55,905 bases of DNA. It comes from a virus (Duplodnaviria; Caudoviricetes). The notes below the pieces were generated by a model. The model did no database searches. It was not told where the DNA came from and saw nothing but the letters and a program-made list of their open reading frames with translations. Of the stretch, positions 34,564-44,086 are shown one piece after another. Position numbers and translations under genes: made by a program. The stretch is from positions 1 through 55,905 of IMG/VR virus record IMGVR_UViG_3300020187_003844. The stretch is one strand, 5' to 3'. Numbering within the stretch: position 1 is the first letter of the stretch; each line of letters begins with the position of its first letter.

Positions 34564-37005
34564 TTACTGACAACTTTCACAAGTTCCACCGTTTTTCATA
34601 GCTTCAATACTGCAAGCTGTAGCTTCTGTTGACTTTTCATCACTATTAGCCTTTTCAACTTTGGATGCTGCGCGATTACGAAGATAGTATGTTGTCTTGA
34701 GTCCTGCTTCCCAGCAATTCATATATACATCATTCAAATACTTTAATGAAGTAGATTTGTTGTAAAGATTAAAGCTGACTGCTTGATCTATCCATTTTTG
34801 GCGTGCCGCATTACATTCAATAAGCTTAAACATATCACGATCAAATGCTGTTTTATATTTTTCTTTTAATTCGACTGGAATGTCTCCATTAAGCAAAGAC
34901 AAATCTCCGTCAACACTTTTCACAAGTTCAGCAACCTTACTGTTCCAAAGTCCAGCCTCTTTCATGTCATCAATAAAATGCTGATTTGTAATAAAGAAAT
35001 TGCCGCTTTTATTTTCGTAAACAAAAAGAACAGAGAAATTTGGCTCGATACTTTGCTCGACACCATTGATATAACCAATTGTTGCAGTTGGAGCTATCGC
35101 CATAACATTACTATTGCGCATTCCATGCTCAGCAACGTGCCTACGAAGCTCTTGCCATTCGGAAGTGAGGGTCTCACCGCCTCCAATAGTGGAAGCCTTT
35201 CTGTATTCTGTGAGCACATTATATGAATCTATTGGAAAAATATTTTGACTCCACAGAGATCCTTGGTATGTTTCATATGAACCTTTTTCTTTTGCAAGGT
35301 TCGAGCTTGCGGAAATAGCATTGTATGAATAAAACTCAAACAAATGATCATTAAATTTTATAGCCTCATCACTATCGATATTGATGTTCATTTTATGCAA
35401 CACATCATGCAATGCCATCAATCCTAATCCAACAGGACGATTTCTTAAATTACTATTGCTTGCTTCTTTCGTAGGATAAAAATTAAGATCAACAACACTA
35501 TCTAATGCTCTCATAGCAACATGTATTGTATTTTTTAATTTATCATAATCTAAAGTATTGTCGTCCTTTAAATGATTTAATAAATTTACTGATCCAAGAT
35601 TGCAAACCGCAGTTTCACCAATTTTTGTTTTTTCACCTTTTTCATATTCAGATGCTTTGGTATGAAGAGTAATTTCTGTACAAAGATTACTACTGTGAAC
35701 CACTCCCTCGTGTTGATTGGTGTATCGAATGTTGCATGGATCTTTAAATGTGCACCATGGATGAGATGTTTCAAACAACACCTTTAGCATTTTCTTCCAA
35801 AGCTCTTTTGCGGGAATCACTCTGTAGTTTTTGATCAGACCTTCTTCTGCTTGATCACATAGTTCATTATATCGCTTGTCAAACTGTTCGCCAAAAAGAT
35901 CGTGAAGAGTTGTTCCATCTTCGGATGCAGTATCTCTAGGATCAAAATAATACCAAACATCTTCATTTTGAACACGACGCATAAATTCGTCAGGAATCCA
36001 AGATGCGGTATTCATATCATGACAACGTAATCGATCATCTCCTGTGTTTCTGCGAAGATTAAGAAAGTCCTCAAAGTCTAAATGCCAAGGCTCAAGATAT
36101 GCACATCCAGCACCTGGACGCTTGCCACCTTGATTTACCGCAACCAAAAGATCATTGTAAATCTTCAACCATGGAACTAGTCCGCTAGAGATACCATTTG
36201 TTCCTTCGATATGAGAACCTGTGGAACGAAATGGAGTAACATCCAATCCAAGGCCACCAGCATACTTGCTTTTTCTTGCTTCTTGCCAAGCGCCGTCAAA
36301 AATACCATCAATACTATCATCAAATGTATTCAAATAACAACTACTAAGCTGAGATCTAGCTGTTCCACTATTAAAAAGAGTCGGAGTTGAAGAAGTATAC
36401 AAAAACTGACTGAAAAGATCATAATACTTGATTGCCCATTCTTCTTTATTTTCTTCATTGAGCGCAAGACCCATTGCTACTCTCATCCAAAAGCTCTGTG
36501 GAGCCTCCATGATCTTATCGTCTTCACGAATAAAATATCGATCTGCGAGAATTTGAATGCCAAGATATTTAAAAGAATTATCGCGGCGAATTCGCAGAGC
36601 TTCAGATAATTGAGCTAAATCATACTCAAGCATGCGTTCGTTGAGCTTGCCGCTCTTGACTAGCTTTTTGATGCCCTGAATAAAACTCTTGCGATATTGA
36701 AGGCGAAAAGCATCACTATCAACACCTTCCTTAAATACTTCTTTATATACTGTATTTAATAGAAGCCTACCTGCGGCATAACTATAGTTAGGCTCTTTCT
36801 CGATCTTTTCGCGAGCACTTAATATAAGCGATGTATCGATTTCCTTGGTTGTGATTTTATCGTATAATTGAAGTTGTGCATCCAACACAATCTCACTGAC
36901 TGAAACGTCAGATATTCCTTCACATGCACGTTCTACATTAGCATTAATCTTCTCGACAATAAAGTCTTGAAGACGACCATTTCGTTTTTTTACTTTTATA
37001 TCCAT
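34564..37005 (-). CDS. nrdA: Ribonucleotide reductase alpha subunit with N-terminal ATP-cone
   Basis: VKKRNG ATP-cone, TPTLFNSG..QLSSCYL, NQGGKRPG, SNLCTEI, VCNLGS, IAPTAT, KTTYYLR, terminal CESCQ. Confidence 0.95.
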   Translation of the reverse strand: MDIKVKKRNGRLQDFIVEKINANVERACEGISDVSVSEIVLDAQLQLYDKITTKEIDTSLILSAREKIEKEPNYSYAAGRLLLNTVYKEVFKEGVDSDAFRLQYRKSFIQGIKKLVKSGKLNERMLEYDLAQLSEALRIRRDNSFKYLGIQILADRYFIREDDKIMEAPQSFWMRVAMGLALNEENKEEWAIKYYDLFSQFLYTSSTPTLFNSGTARSQLSSCYLNTFDDSIDGIFDGAWQEARKSKYAGGLGLDVTPFRSTGSHIEGTNGISSGLVPWLKIYNDLLVAVNQGGKRPGAGCAYLEPWHLDFEDFLNLRRNTGDDRLRCHDMNTASWIPDEFMRRVQNEDVWYYFDPRDTASEDGTTLHDLFGEQFDKRYNELCDQAEEGLIKNYRVIPAKELWKKMLKVLFETSHPWCTFKDPCNIRYTNQHEGVVHSSNLCTEITLHTKASEYEKGEKTKIGETAVCNLGSVNLLNHLKDDNTLDYDKLKNTIHVAMRALDSVVDLNFYPTKEASNSNLRNRPVGLGLMALHDVLHKMNINIDSDEAIKFNDHLFEFYSYNAISASSNLAKEKGSYETYQGSLWSQNIFPIDSYNVLTEYRKASTIGGGETLTSEWQELRRHVAEHGMRNSNVMAIAPTATIGYINGVEQSIEPNFSVLFVYENKSGNFFITNQHFIDDMKEAGLWNSKVAELVKSVDGDLSLLNGDIPVELKEKYKTAFDRDMFKLIECNAARQKWIDQAVSFNLYNKSTSLKYLNDVYMNCWEAGLKTTYYLRNRAASKVEKANSDEKSTEATACSIEAMKNGGTCESCQ

Positions 37006-37017
37006 ATTGTGTTATAA

Positions 37018-37046
37018 ATATTAACATTTAGTTGGGGTTCTGTCAA
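37018..37046 (-). promoter_or_regulatory. Sigma70-type promoter with extended -10 (nrdA)
   Basis: TTGACA-17-TAATAT with TG-N; ATG 13 nt after the -10 box. Confidence 0.7.
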
Positions 37047-37081
37047 TTTAAATTGATTATATGTTGATAACTTTTTCAGGC

Positions 37082-37110
37082 TTGACAACGGTGTTGTATT
37101 TTGATAAAAT
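37082..37110 (+). promoter_or_regulatory. Sigma70-type promoter with extended -10 (Pol III operon), divergent from nrdA
   Basis: TTGACA-17-TAAAAT with TG-N; ATG 8 nt after the -10 box. Confidence 0.75.
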
Positions 37111-37117
37111 AGTTGGC

Positions 37118-37891
37118 ATGATTCCTTTATTTAAAAGCCACTATTCAATCGGCAAAAGTATATTAACTCTGGATGATCCAATTACACACAAAGAAGGTGG
37201 ATCGGATAGTGTTTTTAGCATTGCTGTAGAAAATAAATTAAAAGAAGTTGTTTTGGTTGAAGATTCTCTTACGGGATTTCTGCAAGCAAAAAAGAACGCC
37301 GACAATTTAAATTTAAAATTAATCTTTGGATTGCGCATTGATATGCGAGAGAATGCAAGTATCGATCCAAAAGAAGAATCTGTAAAGAGTTCACACAAAA
37401 TTATATTGTTTGCGCGAGACGCTGAAGGGTGCAAATTACTAAACACAATATATAGTGAAGCATTCACCAAACACCGCAATTGCGTGGATCACAAAGTGCT
37501 CAAGAAACATTGGAATGATCAACATCTAATTTTGGCAATACCTTTTTATGATAGTTTCATTTATAACAATCTTATGAAGTTCGCAAATTGCACACCAAGT
37601 TTCGGCTTCACACAACCAACCTTCTTTATCGAGCAAAACGGCTTACCTTTCGACAATTTCCTAGAACAAAAAGTAAAAAACTACGCCTCTAAAAACAACA
37701 ATAAAGTGGAATATACAAAAAGTATATATTATAAAAACAAATCAGATGTAACTGCGCTACAAACATACAAATGTATTACAGGTAGAACATTTGGAAACAA
37801 AACATTAAGTAAACCAAATTTAGATCACTTCGGTAGTAATGAATTTTGCTTCGAAAGCTGGAAGGAGAATAATGAAAGAATCACTGCTTAG
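37118..37891 (+). CDS. Stand-alone PHP domain of DNA polymerase III alpha
   Basis: FKSHYSIGKSIL, LVEDSLTGF, KLIFGLRI, HKIILFARDAEGCKLL mirror the DnaE N-terminal PHP domain; start moved to ATG 37118. Confidence 0.8.
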   Translation: MIPLFKSHYSIGKSILTLDDPITHKEGGSDSVFSIAVENKLKEVVLVEDSLTGFLQAKKNADNLNLKLIFGLRIDMRENASIDPKEESVKSSHKIILFARDAEGCKLLNTIYSEAFTKHRNCVDHKVLKKHWNDQHLILAIPFYDSFIYNNLMKFANCTPSFGFTQPTFFIEQNGLPFDNFLEQKVKNYASKNNNKVEYTKSIYYKNKSDVTALQTYKCITGRTFGNKTLSKPNLDHFGSNEFCFESWKENNERITA

Positions 37892-38516
37892 ATTTCAAAA
37901 GAACAAAAATTATCTTGTTTTTGATTACGAAACCTGTAATCTCAACTTGACTGCAAACAATAAGCCTTGGCAATTAGCATTTCTTGTGATAAAGAATAAT
38001 AAAATTGTGGAATCTAAAGATTATTGGCTCAAGTGGGACGACTTGCATGTGTCTCCAGAGGCTGCAAAAATTACAGGATTCACAGAGGCAAAGTATAAAA
38101 AGAAAGCGACTTGTCCAAAAGCCGCACTTGATCACTTAGAAAAGTATTTGTATGACGATTCTTATCTTAAGGTCGGACACAACCTGCTAGGCTTTGATGT
38201 TTATATGCACAATCTACATCGCAAACTTGTTGACTCAAAGGCTCAAGCTGATTATAGCTACACAGAGCATCTTGTTGACACTTTGTGTTTAGCCAAAGCG
38301 CTCAAGAAGCGAATCAAGCTAGACAAGGATGACGACTTTCTTGCTTGGCAATATCGACTCAACCACTTGATCGAAAGAGGTTTGAGTTGTAATTTAAAAC
38401 AATGCTGCAAAGATTTTGATGTTGACTTTGACGAGAAAATGTTGCATGATGCTTTGTATGACATTAACGTTAATTTTGAAGTATTTAAAAAAATGATATG
38501 GGAAATAGAAGTATGA
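37872..38516 (+). CDS. DnaQ/epsilon-like DEDDh 3'-5' exonuclease
   Basis: FDYET, GHNLLGFD, DTL, HDALYD; start moved to ATG 37872. Confidence 0.85.
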   Translation: MKESLLRFQKNKNYLVFDYETCNLNLTANNKPWQLAFLVIKNNKIVESKDYWLKWDDLHVSPEAAKITGFTEAKYKKKATCPKAALDHLEKYLYDDSYLKVGHNLLGFDVYMHNLHRKLVDSKAQADYSYTEHLVDTLCLAKALKKRIKLDKDDDFLAWQYRLNHLIERGLSCNLKQCCKDFDVDFDEKMLHDALYDINVNFEVFKKMIWEIEV

Positions 38517-41074
38517 GCGAATTCACAAAACAATTTACAAGTTATAAAGACTGCATTCCTCCAGGAGTGCGCCTTCCAAACATTCAAATCGAAGAAAAGT
38601 ATTATAAAATGCTGGAAACATCTCCAGACATATCCAACTTTGACTTTCTTCGTAAACTATGTCATAAAGGCGTATACGATCGTGGAATCGATAAGTTTGA
38701 TAATAAAAATGAATATTTTGATCGTGCGAAATCAGAATTAAAAATATTAGATGAACTAGGATTTATTGATTATATACTATTGAATTGGGATATTTTAAAC
38801 TTTTGCCACGAGAATGATATCCCCACTGGCCCAGGAAGAGGTAGTGCGGCTGGATCACTTGTATTGTATCTTATTGGAGTGACTAATGTTGATCCTGTAG
38901 AATACAATTTGTTTTTTGAGCGGTTTGTTTCAAAAAGTCGTGCCCGTAAAACCGAAAAAGATGGAATCACTTATCTTGACGGAAGCTTGTTGGCAGATGT
39001 GGACAACGACATCGCTTATGAGCGTCGTGCAGAAGTTATCGATTATATCGAGCGCAAACATCCTGCTCGTACAGCAAAGATTCTCACATTAAATACTCTT
39101 AGTGGTAAATTATGCGTCAAGGAATGTGGTAAAATTGTTGGTGAATTTACCGAACAACAAGTTAATGAAGTGAGTGATACTATTCCAAAACGTTTTGGAG
39201 TTGTTGTGCCCCTTCAGACTGCCATTGAAGAGAGTGAAAAATTTACCGATTGGGCAGCGCAGAATGGAGAAGTATTTAATATCGCCCTCAAGCTTGAAGG
39301 TTTAAACAAAAACACTGGTGTCCACCCAAGTGGTATTGCCATTTCGTTCGACACAATGACTGATATCTGCCCCGTACAAACATCAAATGATGGTGCATTA
39401 GTCACAGGTTATGATATGAATTGGGTGTCTGAACTGATGGTAAAGTTTGATATTCTTGGATTGCGCACTTTAAGCGTGATTTATGATGTATGTAAGAGTC
39501 TTGGAATTGATTGCAATGAAATTGATCTTCACAATTCAGAAATTTTCAAGCCATTGCAGACCCTACGAGCGCCCCACGGCTTGTTTCAGTTGGAATCTGA
39601 TACAAACTATCGTGTCTGCAAGAAAGTTAAACCACAGAGCCTTGAGCAGCTTAGTGCGGTTATAGCTATTGGTCGTCCAGGAGCTCTTGAGTTCTTGGGT
39701 GACTATGCGACTTATATCGAAACAAATGAAGCTCAAGTGATTCATGAATTTTTTACAGACGTTTTGGACTACACAGGAGGAATTCCTCTTTACCAAGAGC
39801 AACTTATGCAAATGGCGGTAAAAGTTGGATTCACTCTTGATGAATCAGAACAACTTCGTCGTATAGTAGGAAAGAAAAAGATTGACCAAATGCCTGCGTG
39901 GAAAGCCAAGATTGAAGAGAAAGTAAGACAAAAAGGATTGAGTCCAGATGTCGGAACAATACTTTGGAGTGTGGCAGAAGATAGTGCAAACTATTCATTC
40001 AACAAATCTCACTCCTTGAGTTATTCGGTTCTTTCTGCATGGACGACATATCTTAAATTTAATCATCCACAACAATTCTTTCTTTCATTATTAAAAATGA
40101 CAAAGTATGAACCTGCGCCACAGGAAGAAATATCTAAAGTTAGTAAAGAATTATCTCATTTTGGTATAAAATTACTATCTCCAGACTTGGCCAAATCTGG
40201 CATGGATTTCTCCATTGAAGGTAAGGATATTCGCTTTGGCTTGAACAGCATAAAAGGCGTTAGTGAAAAATCTTTACAGTCATTGCGCGATTTTCGTTCA
40301 AGTGAAACGCCAACTAAATATGATATTTTTCTTGCTGCAAAGCAAGCTGGATTGAATATTGGTATTCTCAGTGCATTGATTCAGGCTGGAGCGCTAGAAA
40401 GTAAAGGGTCCAACAGATCACTTATGGTTCTTGAAGCTCAAGCATTCAATCAATTGACCGACCGCGAGAAACGAAACTTTATACTTCTCGGCGATAAATA
40501 TGAATATAAATTATTAAATTGTATTGCTGATGCAAAAAAAGGTGACCTTGTAGGGGATGACAGTAAACCATTAATGAAAGAATCAAGATTCAAAACATTC
40601 AAAAAGAAATATGATGTTTATAAATCAATTTATGATAAAAATAAACAATATGAAACATTTGCAAATTGGTATTTTGAAACAGAACTTCTCGGATACAGTC
40701 ACAGCTCTAATCTCAAAACATGTTTTACAGACAGTTACAATTCATTAAAAGATTCTCGCGACTTGCAACTCATGGATGCAGATGACAAGGGAAAGTTTAT
40801 TGGCGTGGTAGAAGATTGCATCAAAAGAACCTCACGAAACGGCAACAAATATATGAAATTAAGTATCGCAGACGAGTATGGAAGATATGATGCAATGTTA
40901 TTAAATTCTCGCAGAGGAAAATTTTATGACAGATATTTTGATTCTGAAAAGAAAACTCCTGGAAAAAAGAGTATAATAGTAGCATATGGACGCAAAGGTG
41001 AAGATATCGTTTTTCTCGATTCATTAAATATAATGGACGAAAAGATCTACATGAAAATGTCGGACGTTAAGTAA
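38513..41074 (+). CDS. dnaE: DNA polymerase III alpha catalytic core (lacks PHP)
   Basis: GPGRGSAAGSLV, FERFVS, ADVDND, GVHPSG, KFDILGLRTL, LYQEQLM, YSFNKSH, C-terminal OB fold; start moved to ATG 38513. Confidence 0.93.
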   Translation: MSEFTKQFTSYKDCIPPGVRLPNIQIEEKYYKMLETSPDISNFDFLRKLCHKGVYDRGIDKFDNKNEYFDRAKSELKILDELGFIDYILLNWDILNFCHENDIPTGPGRGSAAGSLVLYLIGVTNVDPVEYNLFFERFVSKSRARKTEKDGITYLDGSLLADVDNDIAYERRAEVIDYIERKHPARTAKILTLNTLSGKLCVKECGKIVGEFTEQQVNEVSDTIPKRFGVVVPLQTAIEESEKFTDWAAQNGEVFNIALKLEGLNKNTGVHPSGIAISFDTMTDICPVQTSNDGALVTGYDMNWVSELMVKFDILGLRTLSVIYDVCKSLGIDCNEIDLHNSEIFKPLQTLRAPHGLFQLESDTNYRVCKKVKPQSLEQLSAVIAIGRPGALEFLGDYATYIETNEAQVIHEFFTDVLDYTGGIPLYQEQLMQMAVKVGFTLDESEQLRRIVGKKKIDQMPAWKAKIEEKVRQKGLSPDVGTILWSVAEDSANYSFNKSHSLSYSVLSAWTTYLKFNHPQQFFLSLLKMTKYEPAPQEEISKVSKELSHFGIKLLSPDLAKSGMDFSIEGKDIRFGLNSIKGVSEKSLQSLRDFRSSETPTKYDIFLAAKQAGLNIGILSALIQAGALESKGSNRSLMVLEAQAFNQLTDREKRNFILLGDKYEYKLLNCIADAKKGDLVGDDSKPLMKESRFKTFKKKYDVYKSIYDKNKQYETFANWYFETELLGYSHSSNLKTCFTDSYNSLKDSRDLQLMDADDKGKFIGVVEDCIKRTSRNGNKYMKLSIADEYGRYDAMLLNSRRGKFYDRYFDSEKKTPGKKSIIVAYGRKGEDIVFLDSLNIMDEKIYMKMSDVK

Positions 41075-41080
41075 TTTAGC

Positions 41081-41085
41081 GTGTA
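41081..41085 (+). promoter_or_regulatory. GTGTA putative phage promoter element (clpC)
   Basis: 11 nt upstream of the second ATG (41097), 5 nt upstream of the first (41091). Confidence 0.6.
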
Positions 41086-41090
41086 AATCA

Positions 41091-43571
41091 ATGAAGATGA
41101 CTCCAAAACCAAACTTTACGCCGCGTGCGCAACAAGCGATCAGTGAAGCAAAAAGAGTAGCCACTAAATTCGGAAATGAATTTATAAGCTTAGAACATTT
41201 GTTTTACGGAATGGTCAATTTGAATGCAGGAATTTTGAGCGAAATATTATTTTTATTACAGATCGATCAGGATCTTCTTAAAGAAGAGATCGAGAAAACA
41301 TTCTATATTGTAGAAAGCGACAGTACTCAAGCTTTTATACCCGAAGATTTTCACGCAGAATATGATGAACATTTTCATCTTGTATTGAAAGTTGCAGCGA
41401 GTATTAGTGACAAACTTGGGCATGAATATGTTGGGGTAGAACACATGTTGCTAGCTTTATTAAAGTATGAACACTCTAGCATTCCCAGCTTTTTTGATCA
41501 CTTTCATGCAAGTGAAGATGATATCATTGCAGAAGTACGAGAATATTTACATATATCAAAAGAACAAACTCCACCAAAACAAGATCGCGTAAAATTCATA
41601 AAAAAGAATGCTCAAACAGTAAAAGAATCAAAACAACCTAATCTCGAAAAATTTGCGACCAATTTAAATGAATCAGCAAAACAAGGAAAATTTGATAATA
41701 TTATTGGTAAAGAAAGTGAAATATATGATGTGTCAGAAATTCTTTGTCGAAGAACGAAGAATAATCCTGTGCTTTTAGGAGAGCCAGGTGTTGGTAAAAC
41801 AGCAATTGTTGAAGGGTTAGCTCAAAACATTGTCAAAGGTACTTGTTCCGATTTTTTAATTAGTAAAGTTATATACTCTTTAGACCTTGGATCTTTGATT
41901 GCAGGAACTAAATATCGTGGTCAGTTCGAAGAAAGATTAAAAGGTATAATTGAAGAAGCAAAAAAGAATAAAGATATTATATTGTTTATTGACGAAATAC
42001 ACACGCTTGTAGGCGCTGGAAGCGCTGAGGGTAGCATGGATGCCGCAAATCTGTTAAAACCTCTTCTAGCACGCGGAGAGCTCAAATGTATAGGTGCAAC
42101 GACTCAAACCGAATACAAGAAAAGTATTTTAAAAGATGGAGCACTAGATCGACGCTTTCAATCTGTCAAAGTGATAGAGCCGAACAAAGACGAAACACGT
42201 CAAATTCTAGAAGGAGTAAAAGATAAATATGAAAGCTTTCACAGTATATGTTATCCTTCAGAAACTCTTGACTTGATTGTTGACCTTTCTGCAAAATATA
42301 TTCTAGACAAACAGTTTCCTGATAAAGCTATTGACATTCTTGACCAAGTCGGATCAAAAGTAAAAATTAAAAACATAGAGCGACCTCAAGAAGCAAAAGA
42401 TATTGAGCAAGAACTTGAACAGCTAGCATTAAAAGAATCTAAACTTCAATCTGTTGGATACGCATATGATCAAGTAGAAGAAGAACAATTAGATCTTCTT
42501 GAAAAATATGACCAAATCATAACCAAGTGGGCAGAAAAAACAATGAAAAAACGTATTTCTGTAAAACCTCAAGACATATTCGAAGTGTTAAGTTCAAGAA
42601 CTGGAGTTCCAGTGAAAGATATGAGCAAAAAAGATAGTGAAAAAATGCTTGGACTGTTTAAAAATCTTAACCGTAGAGTTGTTGGTCAAAAACAAGCTTT
42701 ACAAGAAATTTCTGAATCGATACTGCGATCCAAGTCAGGCCTTCAAGATCCAAACAAACCAGTGGGAAGCTTTCTTCTTGTTGGGGCAAGTGGAACAGGT
42801 AAAACTCACACCGCAAAATGTATCGCTGAATTTATTTACGGCAGTAAGAGCACGTTGATTCAAATTGATATGAGCGAATACAGCGAAAAGATTGCTGCAA
42901 CTCGATTGATTGGTGCCGCGCCAGGTTATGTGGGATACGAAGAAGGTGGAGAGCTTACCGAAAAGGTTCGCCGCAATCCATACAGCGTTGTTTTGTTTGA
43001 CGAGGTCGAGAAAGCTCATCCAGAAGTGCTTAACATTCTTCTTCAAATCATGGAAGAGGGAGTGGTTACAGATAATTCTGGCAGAAAAATACATTTCAAC
43101 AACTGCATAATTATACTAACAGGTAATATAGGTAGCGAGAAAGCTGCAAAACCAAACATTGGTTTTGGTCAAAGTGACACTGAACAGGTAGCTAAAGACA
43201 AACTATTCACAGAACTCAAAACATTCTTTCGTCCAGAATTCCTCAATAGATTAAACGAAGTAATATTATTCAATGACTTTGATGTAAAAGGACTCACAAA
43301 AATAGTAAAATTAGAAGTGTCAAAAGTGTCAGATAAATTGGTCAATAAAAACATAAAAATGTCTATCACTCCAAAAGCGGCAACATACATTGCTGAGCAA
43401 GCTGCTAAAGAAAAAATGGGAGCTCGCCCAATACAAAGAATAATACAAAAATTAATCGAAAACCAATTGAGCACACTACTTCTGAGTAAAGAATTGCCTG
43501 AAAATTCAGCAATCAAGTTCTCGCTAATCAAAGGAGAACTAAAATACAAAATTACGGAAGAAGAGGTTTGA
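41091..43571 (+). CDS. clpC: ClpC/ClpA-family AAA+ unfoldase (true start may be 41097)
   Basis: Two Clp-N repeats, [63 protein letters not shown] loop, GARP. Confidence 0.9.
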   Translation: MKMTPKPNFTPRAQQAISEAKRVATKFGNEFISLEHLFYGMVNLNAGILSEILFLLQIDQDLLKEEIEKTFYIVESDSTQAFIPEDFHAEYDEHFHLVLKVAASISDKLGHEYVGVEHMLLALLKYEHSSIPSFFDHFHASEDDIIAEVREYLHISKEQTPPKQDRVKFIKKNAQTVKESKQPNLEKFATNLNESAKQGKFDNIIGKESEIYDVSEILCRRTKNNPVLLGEPGVGKTAIVEGLAQNIVKGTCSDFLISKVIYSLDLGSLIAGTKYRGQFEERLKGIIEEAKKNKDIILFIDEIHTLVGAGSAEGSMDAANLLKPLLARGELKCIGATTQTEYKKSILKDGALDRRFQSVKVIEPNKDETRQILEGVKDKYESFHSICYPSETLDLIVDLSAKYILDKQFPDKAIDILDQVGSKVKIKNIERPQEAKDIEQELEQLALKESKLQSVGYAYDQVEEEQLDLLEKYDQIITKWAEKTMKKRISVKPQDIFEVLSSRTGVPVKDMSKKDSEKMLGLFKNLNRRVVGQKQALQEISESILRSKSGLQDPNKPVGSFLLVGASGTGKTHTAKCIAEFIYGSKSTLIQIDMSEYSEKIAATRLIGAAPGYVGYEEGGELTEKVRRNPYSVVLFDEVEKAHPEVLNILLQIMEEGVVTDNSGRKIHFNNCIIILTGNIGSEKAAKPNIGFGQSDTEQVAKDKLFTELKTFFRPEFLNRLNEVILFNDFDVKGLTKIVKLEVSKVSDKLVNKNIKMSITPKAATYIAEQAAKEKMGARPIQRIIQKLIENQLSTLLLSKELPENSAIKFSLIKGELKYKITEEEV

Positions 43572-44067
43572 CAGGGTTGGGAAGTTCAGGATCTTTAACT
43601 TCCATAGGATCTTCGAACTTCTCGCCTGGATTGTTGTGAAGATCTTCGCTAGTATCATTTTTCTTTTCATTGAAAATACTCATGCAAGCACTAAAACGAT
43701 CACCCTGAATAGGATAACGTTTTTTCATGTTTGCATCTAATATGCAGCGAGTAATAAATTGATCTCCACTTTCTTGTGCGGCGGGAGTTGGATAACGTTT
43801 GTCTTGGTTGCTGAGATAATTGTTTTTGCTTTTTTCATCTTCTTCAGCTTCCTCTTTTTGAGTGGGAAACATTTTCTCATACTCAGAGTATTGTAAAGCT
43901 TTGTCAATGTTTTCGTATGCTTCATTCACACTCTTGCGTACCCAATCTTCTAGCTCTGTATCATCCTTTACCATCTCATACATTACTCTAGCTTTTTTCC
44001 AAATGTGAAACAATTGAGATTTGATGATTTTATTGGGATTAGAATTACTTTCTGAAATTTCGCTCAT
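43552..44067 (-). CDS. Hypothetical modular phage protein (possible internal head protein)
   Basis: KSQLFHI...LEDWV and PTP...E..DQFITRC...RFSAC modules; overlaps the clpC 3' end by 20 bp. Confidence 0.6.
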   Translation of the reverse strand: MSEISESNSNPNKIIKSQLFHIWKKARVMYEMVKDDTELEDWVRKSVNEAYENIDKALQYSEYEKMFPTQKEEAEEDEKSKNNYLSNQDKRYPTPAAQESGDQFITRCILDANMKKRYPIQGDRFSACMSIFNEKKNDTSEDLHNNPGEKFEDPMEVKDPELPNPVKPLLP

Positions 44068-44077
44068 GATAATGTAT

Positions 44078-44082
44078 TACAC
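44078..44082 (-). promoter_or_regulatory. GTGTA putative phage promoter element
   Basis: 10 nt upstream of ATG 44067. Confidence 0.6.
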
Positions 44083-44086
44083 TGTT

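Noticed and set aside
37061-37117. N-terminal extension of the PHP ORF in the track (similar extensions at 21934, 25304, 27121, 37839, 38498, 32260, 54129)
   Set aside because: These overlap promoters or upstream genes; downstream starts give ATGA-type coupling or match the family N-terminus.
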